Below are positions 38,201 to 52,870 of a stretch of 64,000 nt of DNA, one piece after another. Below the pieces are notes generated by a model, which worked only from the letters and a program-made list of their open reading frames with translations, was not told where the DNA came from and searched no databases. Made by a program: the position numbers and the translations under genes. Origin of the DNA: Eledone cirrhosa (taxonomy: Eukaryota); assembly GCA_964016885.1 (NCBI GenBank), contig OZ024741.1, positions 240,622,001 through 240,686,000 of the forward strand, read 5' to 3'. How positions within the stretch are numbered: position 1 is the first letter of the stretch; the number at the start of each line of letters is the position of its first letter.

Positions 38201-41200
38201 TGTTGTGTTATTCCTGTTGTCATTGCTGCTGTTGTTATTCCTGTTGTCATTGTTGCTGTTGTTATTCCTGTTGTCATTGCTGTTGTTGTTATTCATGTTG
38301 TCATTGCTGTTGTTGTTATTCCTGTTGTCATTGCTGTTGTGTTATTCCTGTTGTCATTGCTGCTGTTGTTATTCCTGTTGTCATTGTTGCTGTTGTTATT
38401 CCTGTTGTCATTGCTATTGTTGTTATTCCTGTTGTCATTGTTGCTGTTGTTATTCCTGTTGTCATTGCTGTTGTTGTTATTCCTGATCTCATTGCTGTTG
38501 TTGTTATTCCTGTTGTCATTGCTGTTGCTGTTATTCCTGTTGTAATTGCTATTGTTGTTATTCCTGTTTTCATTGCTGTTGTTGTTATTCCTGATCTCAT
38601 TGCTGTTGTTGTTATTCCTGTTGTCATTGCTGTTGTTGTTATTACTGTTGTGATTGCTACTGTTGTTATTCCTGTTGTCATTGCTGTTGTTCTTATTCCT
38701 GTTGTCATTGCTGTTGTTGTTATTCCTGTTGTCATTGCTGTTGTTGTTATTCCTGTTGTCATTGCTGCTGTTGTTATTCTTGTTGTCATTGTTGCTGTTG
38801 TTATTCCTGTTGTCATTGTTGTTGTTGTTATTCTTGATCTCCTTGCTGTTGTTGTTATTCCAGTTGTCATTGCTGTTGTTGTTATTCCAGTTGTCATTGC
38901 TGTTGTTGTTATTCCTGTTCTCATTGCTGTTGTTGTTATTCCTGTTCTCATTGCTGTTGTTGTTATTTCTTATCTCATTGCTGTTGTTGTTATTCCAGTT
39001 GTCATTGCTGTTGTTGTTGTTCCAGTTGTCATTGCTGCTGTTGTTATTCCTCATCTCATTGCTGTTGTTGTTATTCTTGTTGTCATTGCTGTTGTTGTTG
39101 TTCCTGATCTCATTGCTGTTGTTGTTGTTCCTGTTGTCATTGCTGTTGTTATTTCTGATCTCATTGTTGTTGTTGTTATTCCTGTTATCATTGCTGTTGT
39201 TGTTATTCTTGTTGTCATTGCTGTTGTTATTATTCCAGTTGTCATTGCTGTTGTTGTTATTCCTGTTGTTATTCATGTTGTCATTGCTGTTGTTGTTATT
39301 CCTGATCTCATTGCTGTTGTTGTTATTCCTGTTGTCATTGCTGTTGTTGTTAATCCTGTTGTCATTGCTTTTGTTGTTATTCCTGTTGTCATTGCTGTTG
39401 TTGTTATTCCTGTTGTCATTGTTGTTGTTGTTATTCTTGATCTCATTGCTGTTGTTGTTGTTCCAGTTGTCATTGCTGTTGTTGTTATTTCTGTTGTCAT
39501 TGCTGTTGTTGTAATTCCTGATCTCATTGCTGTTGTTGTTATTCCTGTTGTCATTGCTGTTGTTGTTATTCCTGTTGTCATTGTTGTTGTTGTTATTCTT
39601 GATCTCATTGCTGTTGTTCTTATTCCTGTTGTCATTGCTGTTGTTGTTATTCCTGTTGTCATTGTTGTTGTTGTTATTCCTGATCTCATTGTTGCTGTTG
39701 TTATACCTGTTGTCATTGCTGTTGTTGTTATTCCTGTTGTCATTGCTGTTGTTGTTATCCCTGTTGTCATTGCTGTTGTTATTCCTGATCTCATTGTTGT
39801 TGTTGTTATTCCTGTTGTCATTGCTGTTGTTGTTATTCCTGTTGTCATTGCTGTTGTTGTTATTCCTGTTGTCATTGCTGTTGTTGTAATTCCTGATCTC
39901 ATTGCTCTTGTTGTTATTCCTGTTGTCATTGCTGTTGTTGTTATTCCTGTTGTCATTGCTATTCTTGTTATTCCTGTTGTCATTGCTGTTGGCGTTAATC
40001 CTGATCACATTGCTGTTGTTGTTATTCCTGTTGTCATTGCTGTTGTTGTTATTCCTGTTGTCATTGCTGTAGTTGTTATTCCTGTTGTCATTGCTGTTGG
40101 CGTTAATCCTGATCACATTGCTGTTGTTGTTATTCCTGTTGTCATTTCTGTTGTTGTTATTCCTGTTGTCATTGCTGTTGTTGTTATTCCTGTTGTTGTT
40201 ATTCCTGTTGTCATTTCTGTTGTTGTTATTCCTGTTGTCATTGCTGTAGTTGTTATTCCTGTTGTCATTGCTGTTGTTGTTATTCCTGTTGTCATTGCTG
40301 TTGTTGTTATTCCTCTTGTCATTGCTGTTGTTGTTATTCCTGTTGTCATTCCTGTTGTCATTGCTGTTGTTATTCCTGCTGTCATTGCTGTTGTTGTTAT
40401 TCCTGATCTCATTGCTGTTGTTGTTATTCCTGTTGTCATTGCTGTTGTTGTTCTTCCTGTTTTCATTGCTGTTGTTGTTATTCCTGATCTCATTGCTGCT
40501 GTTGTTATTCCTGTTGTCATTGCTGTAGTTGTTATTCCTGTTGTCATTGCTGTTGTTGTTATTCCTGTTGTCATTGCTGTTGTTGTTAATACTGTTGTAA
40601 TTGCTGTTGTTGTTATTCCTGTTGTCATTGCTGCTGTTGTTATTCCTGTTGTCATTGCTGTTGTTGTTATTCCTGTTGTCATTGCTGTTGTTGTTATTCC
40701 TGTTGTCATTGCTGTTGTTGTTATTCCTGTTGTCATTGCTGTTGTTCTTAATACTGTTGTAATTGCTGTTGTTGTTATTCCTGTTGTCATTGCTGCTGTT
40801 GTTATTCCTGTTGTCATTGCTGTTGTTGTTATTCCTGTTGTCATTGCTGTTGTTGTTATTCCTGTTGTCATTGCTGTTGTTCTTAATACTGTTGTAATTG
40901 CTGCTGTTGTTATTCCTGTTGTCATTGCTGTTGTTGTTATTCCTGTTGTCATTGCTGCTGTTGTTATTCCTGTTGTCATTGCTGTTGTTTTTATTCCTGT
41001 TGTCATTGCTGTTGTTGATATTCCTGTTGTCATTGCTGTTGTTGTTATTCCTGATATCATTGCTGTTGTTGTTATTCCTGTTGTCATTGCTGTTGTTGTT
41101 AATCCTGTTGTCATTGCTGTTGTTGTTATTCCTGATCTCATTGCTGTTGTTGTTATTCCTGTTGTCATTGCTGTTGTTGTTATTCCTGATCTCATTGCTG

Positions 41201-44200
41201 TTGTTGTTATTCCTGTTGTCATTGCTGTTGTTGTTCTTCCTGTTTTCATTGCTGTTGTTGTTATTCCTGATCTCATTGCTGCTGTTGTTATTCCTGTTGT
41301 CATTGCTGTTGTTGTTCTTCCTGTTGTTGTTATTCCTGTTGTCATTGCTGTTGTTCTTATTCCTGTTGTTGTTATTCCTGTTGTCATTGCTGCTGTTGTT
41401 ATTCCTGTTGTCATTGCTGTTGTTGTTATTCCTGATCTCATTGCTGCTGTTGTTATTCCTGTTGTCATTGCTGTTGTTGTTCTTCCTGTTTTCATTGCTG
41501 TTGTTATTATTCCTGATCTCATTGCTGTTGTTGTTATTCCTGTTTTCATTGCTGCTGTTGTTGTTGTTATTCCTGTTGTTGTTATTCCTGATCTAATTGC
41601 TGTTGTTGTTATTCCTGTTGTCATTGCTGTTGTTGTTATTCCTGTTGTCATTGCTATTGATGTTATACCTGTTGTCATTTCTGTTGTTGTTATTCCTGTT
41701 GTCATTTCTGTTGTTGTTATTCCTCATCTCATTGCTGTTGTTGTTATTCCTGTTGTCATTGCTGTTGTTGTTATTCCTGTTGTCATTGCTGTTGTTGTTA
41801 TTCCTGTTGTCATTGCTGTTGTTGTTCTTCCTGTTTTCATTGCTGTTGTTGTTATTCCTGATCTCATTGCTGCTGTTGTTATTCCTGTTGTCATTGCTGT
41901 TGTTGTTCTTCCTGTTTTCATTGCTGTTGTTGTTATTCCTGATCTCATTGCTGCTGTTGTTATTCCTGTTGTCATTGCTGTTGTTGTTCTTCCTGTTGTT
42001 GTTATTCCTGTTGTCATTGTTGTTGTTGTTATTCCTGTTGTCATTGCTGCTGTTGTTATTCCTGTTGTCATTGCGGTTGTTGTTCTTCCTGTTTTCATTG
42101 CTGTTGTTGTTATTCCTGATCTCATTGCTCCTGTTTTTATTCCTGTTGTCATTGCTGTTGTTGTTCTTCCTGTTGTTGTTATTCCTGTTGTCATTGCTGT
42201 TGTTGTTATTCCTGTTGTTGTTATTCCTGTTGTCATTGCTGCTGTTGTTATTCCTGTTGTCATTGCTGTTGTTGTTATTCTTGATCTCCTTGCTGTTGTT
42301 GGTATTCCAGTTGTGATTGTAGTTGTTGTTGTTATACCTGTTGCCATTGCTGTTTTTGTTATTCTTGATATCATTGCTGTTGTTGTTATTCCTGTTGTCA
42401 TTGCTGTTGTTGTTATTCCTGTTGTTGTTGCTGTTGTTGTTATTCCTGATCTCATTGTTGCTGTTGTTATACCTGTTTTCATTGCTGTTGTTGTTATTCC
42501 TGTTGTCATTGCTGTTGTTGTTATCCCTGTTGTCATTGCTGTTGTTATTCCTGATCTCATTGTTGTTGTTGTTATTCCTGTTGTCATTGCTGTTGTTGTT
42601 ATTCCTGTTGTCATTGCTTTTGTTGTTATTCCTGTTGTCATTGCTGTTGTTGTAATTCCTGATCTCATTGCTCTTGTTGTTATTCCTGTTGCCATTGCTG
42701 TTGTTGTTATTCCTGTTGTCATTGCTGTTGTTGTTATTCCTGTTGTCATTGCTGTTGGCGTTAATCCTGATGACATTGCTGTTGTTGTTATTCCTGTTGT
42801 CATTGCTGTTGTTGTTATTCCTGTTGTCATTGCTGTTGTTGTTATTCCTGTTGTTGTTATTCCTGTTGTCATTTCTGTTGTTGTTATTCCTGTTGTCATT
42901 GCTGTAGTTGTTATTCCTGTTGTCATTGCTGTTGTTGTTATTCCTGTTGTCACTGCTGTTGTTGTCATTTCTGTTGTTGTTATTCCTGTTGTCATTGCTG
43001 TAGTTGTTATTCCTGTTGTCATTGCTGTTGTTGTTATTCCTGTTGTCATTGCTGTTGTTGTTATTCCTCTTGTCATTGCTGTTGTTGTTATTCCTGTTGT
43101 CATTCCTGTTGTCATTGCTGTTGTTGTTCCTGCTGTCATTGCTGTTGTTGTTATTCCTGATCTCATTGCTGTTGTTGTTATTCCTGTTGTCATTGCTGTT
43201 GTTGTAATTCCTGATCTCATTGCTCTTGTTGTTATTCCTGTTGTCATTGCTGTTGTTGTTATTCCTGTTGTCATTGCTATTCTTGTTATTCCTGTTGTCA
43301 TTGCTGTTGTTGTTATTCCTGATCTCATTGTTGCTGTTGTTATACCTGTTGTCATTGCTGTTGTTGTTATTCCTGTTGTCATTGCTGTTGTTGTTATCCC
43401 TGTTGTCATTGCTGTTGTTATTCCTGATCTCATTGTTGTTGTTGTTATTCCTGTTGTCATTGCTGTTGTTGTTATTCCTGTTGTCATTGCTGTTGTTGTT
43501 ATTCCTGTTGTCATTGCTGTTGTTGTAATTCCTGATCTCATTGCTCTTGTTGTTATTTCTGTTGTCATTGCTATTCTTGTTATTCCTGTTGTCATTGCTG
43601 TTGTTGTTATTCCTCTTGTCATTGCTGTTGTTGTTATTCCTGTTGTCATTCCTGTTGTCATTGCTGTTGTTATTCCTGCTGTCATTGCTGTTTTTGTTAT
43701 TCCTGATCTCATTGCTGTTGTTGTTATTCCTGTTGTCATTGCTGTTGTTGTTCTTCCTGTTTTCATTGCTGTTGTTGTTATTCCTGATCTCATTGCTGCT
43801 GTTGTTATTCCTGTTGTCATTGCTGTTGTTGTTATTCCTGTTGTCATTGCTGTTGTTGTTATTCCTGTTGTCATTGCTGTTGTTGTTAATACTGTTGTAA
43901 TTGCTGTTGTTGTTATTCCTGTTGTCATTGCTGCTGTTGTTATTCCTGTTGTCATTGCTGTTGTTGTTATTCCTGTTGTCATTGCTGTTGTTGTTATTCC
44001 TGTTGTCATTGCTGTTGTTGTTAATACTGTTGTAATTGCTGTTGTTGTTATTCCCGATCTCATTGCTTTTGTTGTTATTCCTGTTTTCATTGCTGTTGTT
44101 GTTATTCCTGTTGTCATTGCTGTTGTTGTTATTCCTGTTGTCATTGCTTTTGTTGTTATTCCTGTTGTCATTGCTGTTGTTGTTAATACTGTTGTAATTG

Positions 44201-47200
44201 CTGTTGTTGTTATTCCTGTTGTCATTGCTGTTGTTGTTATTCCTGTTGTCATTGCTGTTGTTGTTATTCCTGTTGTCATTGCTGTTGTTGTTGTTATTCT
44301 TGATCTCATGGCTGTTGTTTTTATTCCTGTTGTCATTGCTGTTGTTGATATTCCTGTTGTCATTGCTGTTGTTGTTATTCCTGATATCATTGCTGTTGTT
44401 GTTATTCCTGTTGTCATTGCTGTTGTTGTTAATCCTGTTGTCATTGCTGTTGTTGTTATTCCTGATCTCATTGCTGTTGTTGTTATTCCTGTTGTCATTT
44501 CTGTTGTTGTTATTCCTGATCTCATTGCTGTTGTTGTTATTCCTGTTGTCATTGCTGTTGTTGTTCTTCCTGTTTTCATTGCTGTTGTTGTTATTCCTGA
44601 TCTCATTGCTGCTGTTGTTATTCCTGTTGTCATTGCTGTTGTTGTTCTTCCTGTTGTTGTTATTCCTGTTGTCATTGCTGTTGTTGTTATTCCTGTTGTT
44701 GTTATTCCTGTTGTCATTGCTGCTGTTGTTATTCCTGTTGTCATTGCTGTTGTTGTTATTCCTGATCTCATTGCTGCTGTTGTTATTCCTGTTGTCATTG
44801 CTGTTGTTGTTCTTCCTGTTTTCATTGCTGTTGTTGTTATTCCTGATCTCATTGCTGTTGTTGTTATTCCTGTTTTCATTGCTGCTGTTGTTGTTGTTAT
44901 TCCTGTTGTTGTTATTCCTGATCTAATTGCTGTTGTTGTTATTCCTGTTGTCATTGCTGTTGTTGTTATTCCTGTTGTCATTGCTATTGTTGTTATACCT
45001 GTTGTCATTTCTGTTGTTGTTATTCCTGTTGTCATTTCTGTTGTTGTTATTCCTCATCTCATTGCTGTTGTTGTTATTCCTGTTGTCATTGCTGTTGTTG
45101 TTATTCCTGTTGTCATTGCTGTTGTTGTTATTCCTGATCTCATTGCTGTTGTTGTTATTCCTGTTGTCATTGCTGTTGTTATTTCTGTTGTCATTGCTGT
45201 TGTTGTTATTCCTGATCTCATTGCTGTTGTTGTTATTCCTGTTGTTATTCCTTTTTCATTGCTGTTGTTGTTATTCCTGATCTCATTGCTGTTGTTGTTA
45301 TTCCTGTTGTCATTGCTGTTGTTGTTCTTCCTGTTTTCATTGCTGTTGTTGTTATTCCTGATCTCATTGCTGCTGTTGTTATTCCTGTTGTCATTGCTGT
45401 TGTTGTTCTTCCTGTTGTTGTTATTCCTGTTGTCATTGCTGTTGTTGTTATTCCTGTTGTCATTGCTGCTGTTGTTATTCCTGTTGTCATTGCTGTTGTT
45501 GTTCTTCCTGTTTTCATTGCTGTTGTTGTTATTCCTGATCTCATTGCTGCTGTTGTTATTCCTGTTGTCATTGCTGTTGTTGTTCTTCCTGTTGTTGTTA
45601 TTCCTGTTGTCATTGCTGTTGTTGTTATTCCTGTTGTTGTTATTCCTGTTGTCATTGCTGCTGTTGTTATTCCTGTTGTCATTGCTGTTGTTGTTATTCC
45701 TGATCTCATTGCTGCTGTTGTTATTCCTGTTGTCATTGCTGTTGTTGTTCTTCCTGTTTTCATTGCTGTTGTTGTTATTCCTGATCTCATTGCTGTTGTT
45801 GTTATTCCTGTTTTCATTGCTGCTGTTGTTGTTGTTATTCCTGATCTAATTGCTGTTGTTGTTATTCCTTTTGTCATTGCTGTTGTTGTTATTCCTGTTG
45901 TCATTGCTATTGTTGTTATACCTGTTGTCATTTCTGTTGTTGTTATTCCTGTTGTCATTTCTGTTGTTGTTATTCCTCATCTCATTGCTGTTGTTGTTAT
46001 TCCTGTTGTCATTGCTGTTGTTGTTATTCCTGTTGTCATTGCTGTTGTTGTTATTCCTGATCTCATTGCTGTTGTTGTTATTCCTGTTGTCATTGCTGTT
46101 GTTGTTCTTCCTGTTTTCATTGCTGTTGTTGTTATTCCTGATCTCATTGCTGCTGTTGTTATTCCTGTTGTCATTGCTGTTGTTGTTCTTCCTGTTGTTG
46201 TTATTCCTGTTGTCATTGCTGTTGTTGTTATTCCTGTTGTCATTGCTGCTGTTGTTATTCCTGTTGTCATTGCTGTTGTTGTTCTTCCTGTTTTCATTGC
46301 TGTTGTTGTTATTCCTGATCTCATTGCTGTTGTTGTTATTCCTGATCTCATTGCTGTTGTTGTTATTCCTGTTGTCATTGCTGTTGTTGTTCTTCCTGTT
46401 TTCATTGCTGTTGTTGTTATTCCTGATCTCATTGCTGCTGTTGTTATTCCTGTTGTCATTGCTGTTGTTGTTCTTCCTGTTGTTGTTATTCCTGTTGTCA
46501 TTGCTGTTGTTGTTATTCCTGTTGTTGTTATTCCTGTTGTCATTGCTGTTGTTGTTCTTCCTGTTTTCATTGCTGTTGTTGTTATTCCTGATCTCATTGC
46601 TGCTGTTGTTATTCCTGTTGTCATTGCTGTTGTTGTTCTTCCTGTTGTTGTTATTCCTGTTGTCATTGCTGTTGTTGTCATTGCTGCTGTTGTTATTCCT
46701 GTTGTCATTGCTGCTGTTGTTATTCCTGTTGTCATTGCTGTTGTTGTTATTCCTGTTGTCATTGCTGTTGTTGTTATTCCTGTTGTCATTGCTGTTGTTG
46801 TTCTTCCTGTTTTCATTGCTGTTGTTGTTATTCCTGATCTCATTGCTGCTGTTGTTATTCCTGTTGTCATTGCTGTTGTTGTTCTTCCTGTTTTCATTGC
46901 TGTTGTTGTTATTCCTGATCTCATTGCTGCTGTTGTTATTCCTGTTGTCATTGCTGTTGTTGTTCTTCCTGTTGTTGTTATTCCTGTTGTCATTGTTGTT
47001 GTTGTTATTCCTGTTGTCATTGCTGCTGTTGTTATTCCTGTTGTCATTGCGGTTGTTGTTCTTCCTGTTTTCATTGCTGTTGTTGTTATTCCTGATCTCA
47101 TTGCTCCTGTTTTTATTCCTGTTGTCATTGCTGTTGTTGTTCTTCCTGTTGTTGTTATTCCTGTTGTCATTGCTGTTGTTGTTATTCCTGTTGTTGTTAT

Positions 47201-50200
47201 TCCTGTTGTCATTGCTGCTGTTGTTATTCCTGTTGTCATTGCTGTTGTTGTTATTCTTGATCTCCTTGCTGTTGTTGGTATTCCAGTTGTGATTGTAGTT
47301 GTTGTTGTTATACCTGTTGCCATTGCTGTTTTTGTTATTCTTGATATCATTGCTGTTGTTGTTATTCCTGTTGTCATTGCTGTTGTTGTTATTCCTGTTG
47401 TTGTTGCTGTTGTTGTTATTCCTGATCTCATTGTTGCTGTTGTTATACCTGTTTTCATTGCTGTTGTTGTTATTCCTGTTGTCATTGCTGTTGTTGTTAT
47501 CCCTGTTGTCATTGCTGTTGTTATTCCTGATCTCATTGTTGTTGTTGTTATTCCTGTTGTCATTGCTGTTGTTGTTATTCCTGTTGTCATTGCTTTTGTT
47601 GTTATTCCTGTTGTCATTGCTGTTGTTGTAATTCCTGATCTCATTGCTCTTGTTGTTATTCCTGTTGCCATTGCTGTTGTTGTTATTCCTGTTGTCATTG
47701 CTGTTGTTGTTATTCCTGTTGTCATTGCTGTTGGCGTTAATCCTGATGACATTGCTGTTGTTGTTATTCCTGTTGTCATTGCTGTTGTTGTTATTCCTGT
47801 TGTCATTGCTGTTGTTGTTATTCCTGTTGTTGTTATTCCTGTTGTCATTTCTGTTGTTGTTATTCCTGTTGTCATTGCTGTAGTTGTTATTCCTGTTGTC
47901 ATTGCTGTTGTTGTTATTCCTGTTGTCACTGCTGTTGTTGTCATTTCTGTTGTTGTTATTCCTGTTGTCATTGCTGTAGTTGTTATTCCTGTTGTCATTG
48001 CTGTTGTTGTTATTCCTGTTGTCATTGCTGTTGTTGTTATTCCTCTTGTCATTGCTGTTGTTGTTATTCCTGTTGTCATTCCTGTTGTCATTGCTGTTGT
48101 TGTTCCTGCTGTCATTGCTGTTGTTGTTATTCCTGATCTCATTGCTGTTGTTGTTATTCCTGTTGTCATTGCTGTTGTTGTAATTCCTGATCTCATTGCT
48201 CTTGTTGTTATTCCTGTTGTCATTGCTGTTGTTGTTATTCCTGTTGTCATTGCTATTCTTGTTATTCCTGTTGTCATTGCTGTTGTTGTTATTCCTGATC
48301 TCATTGTTGCTGTTGTTATACCTGTTGTCATTGCTGTTGTTGTTATTCCTGTTGTCATTGCTGTTGTTGTTATCCCTGTTGTCATTGCTGTTGTTATTCC
48401 TGATCTCATTGTTGTTGTTGTTATTCCTGTTGTCATTGCTGTTGTTGTTATTCCTGTTGTCATTGCTGTTGTTGTTATTCCTGTTGTCATTGCTGTTGTT
48501 GTAATTCCTGATCTCATTGCTCTTGTTGTTATTTCTGTTGTCATTGCTATTCTTGTTATTCCTGTTGTCATTGCTGTTGTTGTTATTCCTCTTGTCATTG
48601 CTGTTGTTGTTATTCCTGTTGTCATTCCTGTTGTCATTGCTGTTGTTATTCCTGCTGTCATTGCTGTTTTTGTTATTCCTGATCTCATTGCTGTTGTTGT
48701 TATTCCTGTTGTCATTGCTGTTGTTGTTCTTCCTGTTTTCATTGCTGTTGTTGTTATTCCTGATCTCATTGCTGCTGTTGTTATTCCTGTTGTCATTGCT
48801 GTTGTTGTTATTCCTGTTGTCATTGCTGTTGTTGTTATTCCTGTTGTCATTGCTGTTGTTGTTAATACTGTTGTAATTGCTGTTGTTGTTATTCCTGTTG
48901 TCATTGCTGCTGTTGTTATTCCTGTTGTCATTGCTGTTGTTGTTATTCCTGTTGTCATTGCTGTTGTTGTTATTCCTGTTGTCATTGCTGTTGTTGTTAA
49001 TACTGTTGTAATTGCTGTTGTTGTTATTCCCGATCTCATTGCTTTTGTTGTTATTCCTGTTTTCATTGCTGTTGTTGTTATTCCTGTTGTCATTGCTGTT
49101 GTTGTTATTCCTGTTGTCATTGCTTTTGTTGTTATTCCTGTTGTCATTGCTGTTGTTGTTAATACTGTTGTAATTGCTGTTGTTGTTATTCCTGTTGTCA
49201 TTGCTGTTGTTGTTATTCCTGTTGTCATTGCTGTTGTTGTTATTCCTGTTGTCATTGCTGTTGTTGTTGTTATTCTTGATCTCATGGCTGTTGTTTTTAT
49301 TCCTGTTGTCATTGCTGTTGTTGATATTCCTGTTGTCATTGCTGTTGTTGTTATTCCTGATATCATTGCTGTTGTTGTTATTCCTGTTGTCATTGCTGTT
49401 GTTGTTAATCCTGTTGTCATTGCTGTTGTTGTTATTCCTGATCTCATTGCTGTTGTTGTTATTCCTGTTGTCATTGCTGTTGTTGTTATTCCTGATCTCA
49501 TTGCTGTTGTTGTTATTCCTGTTGTCATTGCTGTTGTTGTTCTTCCTGTTTTCATTGCTGTTGTTGTTATTCCTGATCTCATTGCTGCTGTTGTTATTCC
49601 TGTTGTCATTGCTGTTGTTGTTCTTCCTGTTGTTGTTATTCCTGTTGTCATTGCTGTTGTTGTTATTCCTGTTGTTGTTATTCCTGTTGTCATTGCTGCT
49701 GTTGTTATTCCTGTTGTCATTGCTGTTGTTGTTATTCCTGATCTCATTGCTGCTGTTGTTATTCCTGTTGTCATTGCTGTTGTTGTTCTTCCTGTTTTCA
49801 TTGCTGTTGTTGTTATTCCTGATCTCATTGCTGTTGTTGTTATTCCTGTTTTCATTGCTGCTGTTGTTGTTGTTATTCCTGTTGTTGTTATTCCTGATCT
49901 AATTGCTGTTGTTGTTATTCCTGTTGTCATTGCTGTTGTTGTTATTCCTGTTGTCATTGCTATTGTTGTTATACCTGTTGTCATTTCTGTTGTTGTTATT
50001 CCTGTTGTCATTTCTGTTGTTGTTATTCCTCATCTCATTGCTGTTGTTGTTATTCCTGTTGTCATTGCTGTTGTTGTTATTCCTGTTGTCATTGCTGTTG
50101 TTGTTATTCCTGATCTCATTGCTGTTGTTGTTATTCCTGTTGTCATTGCTGTTGTTATTTCTGTTGTCATTGCTGTTGTTGTTATTCCTGATCTCATTGC

Positions 50201-52365
50201 TGTTGTTGTTATTCCTGTTGTTATTCCTTTTTCATTGCTGTTGTTGTTATTCCTGATCTCATTGCTGTTGTTGTTATTCCTGTTGTCATTGCTGTTGTTG
50301 TTCTTCCTGTTTTCATTGCTGTTGTTGTTATTCCTGATCTCATTGCTGCTGTTGTTATTCCTGTTGTCATTGCTGTTGTTGTTCTTCCTGTTGTTGTTAT
50401 TCCTGTTGTCATTGCTGTTGTTGTTATTCCTGTTGTCATTGCTGCTGTTGTTATTCCTGTTGTCATTGCTGTTGTTGTTCTTCCTGTTTTCATTGCTGTT
50501 GTTGTTATTCCTGATCTCATTGCTGCTGTTGTTATTCCTGTTGTCATTGCTGTTGTTGTTCTTCCTGTTGTTGTTATTCCTGTTGTCATTGCTGTTGTTG
50601 TTATTCCTGTTGTTGTTATTCCTGTTGTCATTGCTGCTGTTGTTATTCCTGTTGTCATTGCTGTTGTTGTTATTCCTGATCTCATTGCTGCTGTTGTTAT
50701 TCCTGTTGTCATTGCTGTTGTTGTTCTTCCTGTTTTCATTGCTGTTGTTGTTATTCCTGATCTCATTGCTGTTGTTGTTATTCCTGTTTTCATTGCTGCT
50801 GTTGTTGTTGTTATTCCTGATCTAATTGCTGTTGTTGTTATTCCTTTTGTCATTGCTGTTGTTGTTATTCCTGTTGTCATTGCTATTGTTGTTATACCTG
50901 TTGTCATTTCTGTTGTTGTTATTCCTGTTGTCATTTCTGTTGTTGTTATTCCTCATCTCATTGCTGTTGTTGTTATTCCTGTTGTCATTGCTGTTGTTGT
51001 TATTCCTGTTGTCATTGCTGTTGTTGTTATTCCTGATCTCATTGCTGTTGTTGTTATTCCTGTTGTCATTGCTGTTGTTGTTCTTCCTGTTTTCATTGCT
51101 GTTGTTGTTATTCCTGATCTCATTGCTGCTGTTGTTATTCCTGTTGTCATTGCTGTTGTTGTTCTTCCTGTTGTTGTTATTCCTGTTGTCATTGCTGTTG
51201 TTGTTATTCCTGTTGTCATTGCTGCTGTTGTTATTCCTGTTGTCATTGCTGTTGTTGTTCTTCCTGTTTTCATTGCTGTTGTTGTTATTCCTGATCTCAT
51301 TGCTGTTGTTGTTATTCCTGATCTCATTGCTGTTGTTGTTATTCCTGTTGTCATTGCTGTTGTTGTTCTTCCTGTTTTCATTGCTGTTGTTGTTATTCCT
51401 GATCTCATTGCTGCTGTTGTTATTCCTGTTGTCATTGCTGTTGTTGTTCTTCCTGTTGTTGTTATTCCTGTTGTCATTGCTGTTGTTGTTATTCCTGTTG
51501 TTGTTATTCCTGTTGTCATTGCTGTTGTTGTTCTTCCTGTTTTCATTGCTGTTGTTGTTATTCCTGATCTCATTGCTGCTGTTGTTATTCCTGTTGTCAT
51601 TGCTGTTGTTGTTCTTCCTGTTGTTGTTATTCCTGTTGTCATTGCTGTTGTTGTCATTGCTGCTGTTGTTATTCCTGTTGTCATTGCTGCTGTTGTTATT
51701 CCTGTTGTAATTGATGTTGTTGTTATTCCTGATCTCATTGCTTCTGTTGTTATTCCTGTTGTCATTGCTGTTGTTGTTCTTCCTGTTTTCATTGCTGTTG
51801 TTGTTATTCCTGATCTCATTGCTGTTGTTGTTATTCCTGTTTTCATTGCTGTTGTTGTTGTTATTCATGTTGTTGTTATTCCTGATCTAATTGCTGTTGT
51901 TGTTATTCCTGTTGTCATTGCTGTTGTTGTTATTCCTGTTGTCATTTCTGCTGTTGTTATTCCTGTTGTCATTGCTGTTGTTGTTATTCCTGTTGTCATT
52001 GCTATTGTTGTTATACCTGTTGTCATTTCTGTTGTTGTTATTCCTGTTGTCATTTCTGTTGTTGTTATTCCTCATCTCATTGCTGTTGTTGTTATTCCTG
52101 TTGTCATTGCTGTTGTTGTTATTCCTGTTGTCATTGCTGTTGTTGTTATTCCTGATCTCATTGCTGTTGTTGTTATTCCTGTTGTCATTGCTGTTGTTAT
52201 TCCTGTTGTCATTGCTGTTGTTGTTATTCCTGATCTCATTGCTGTTGTTGTTATTCCTGTTGTTGTTATTCCTGTTGTCATCATTGTAGTCCTTGCTGTT
52301 GTTTTCATTGTTGTTGTTGTTGCCGATGTTGTTGTCATTGCCGTTGTTATTGTTGTTGTTATTTT
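32250..52365. repeat. 20-kb satellite, 27-bp unit GTTATTCCTGTTGTCATTGCTGTTGTT, with 5134-bp and 4976-bp higher-order duplications
   Basis: Tandem units; identical ORFs recur at offsets 5134 (33159/38293) and 4976 (45245/50221). Confidence 0.97.
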
Positions 52366-52449
52366 GTTTCCCGTTAATTTTGCTCATACAATAATAGTTT
52401 AACTACAAGTTGTAGATATGGAAAAGCAGGGACTTGTTTGCAGGAAATA

Positions 52450-52870
52450 TAGGAGAAAGAAGCAGAGAGAGAAATGGTGGAAGAGAGAGAGGGGAGAGAG
52501 ATAGACAGAGAGGCGGGAGAGAGGGAGAAAGTGCGAGAGAGGGAAATAGAAGAGAGAAAGGGCGAGAGAGAAAGGGAGAGAGATAAAAAAAGAGAGAAAG
52601 AAAGGTAAATAGAGGAACAGAAAAGTGGAGAGATAGGGATGAAGGGTAGAGAGAGAGAAGGAAATAAAGGAAGAGAGTAGGAGGGAGAGTGTGTGGTATG
52701 GAGAGGTCTGTATTTCTGGTGGTTATGTTGATCCTGTTTGGTTGCACTGAGAGGAAATAGAAACTAAGAAAGGGGGACAAAGATGAAGAAAAAAGAAGAT
52801 AAAGAAAGTAAATGAAGGGGAAAAGAAGGGGAAAAGAGACAATGGAGGATTTCAGAAGAAAAATGAAGAA
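52450..52870. repeat. Purine-rich (GA) low-complexity tract
   Basis: Seen directly; a mirror CT-rich tract lies at 30735-31365. Confidence 0.8.

Noticed and set aside
32243-52387. Giant ORFs (up to 2771 aa) rich in Val/Ile/Leu or Thr/Asn, mucin-like
   Set aside because: By-products of a stop-poor (GTT)n-derived satellite; frames shift and are open on both strands; no unique domain or signal peptide
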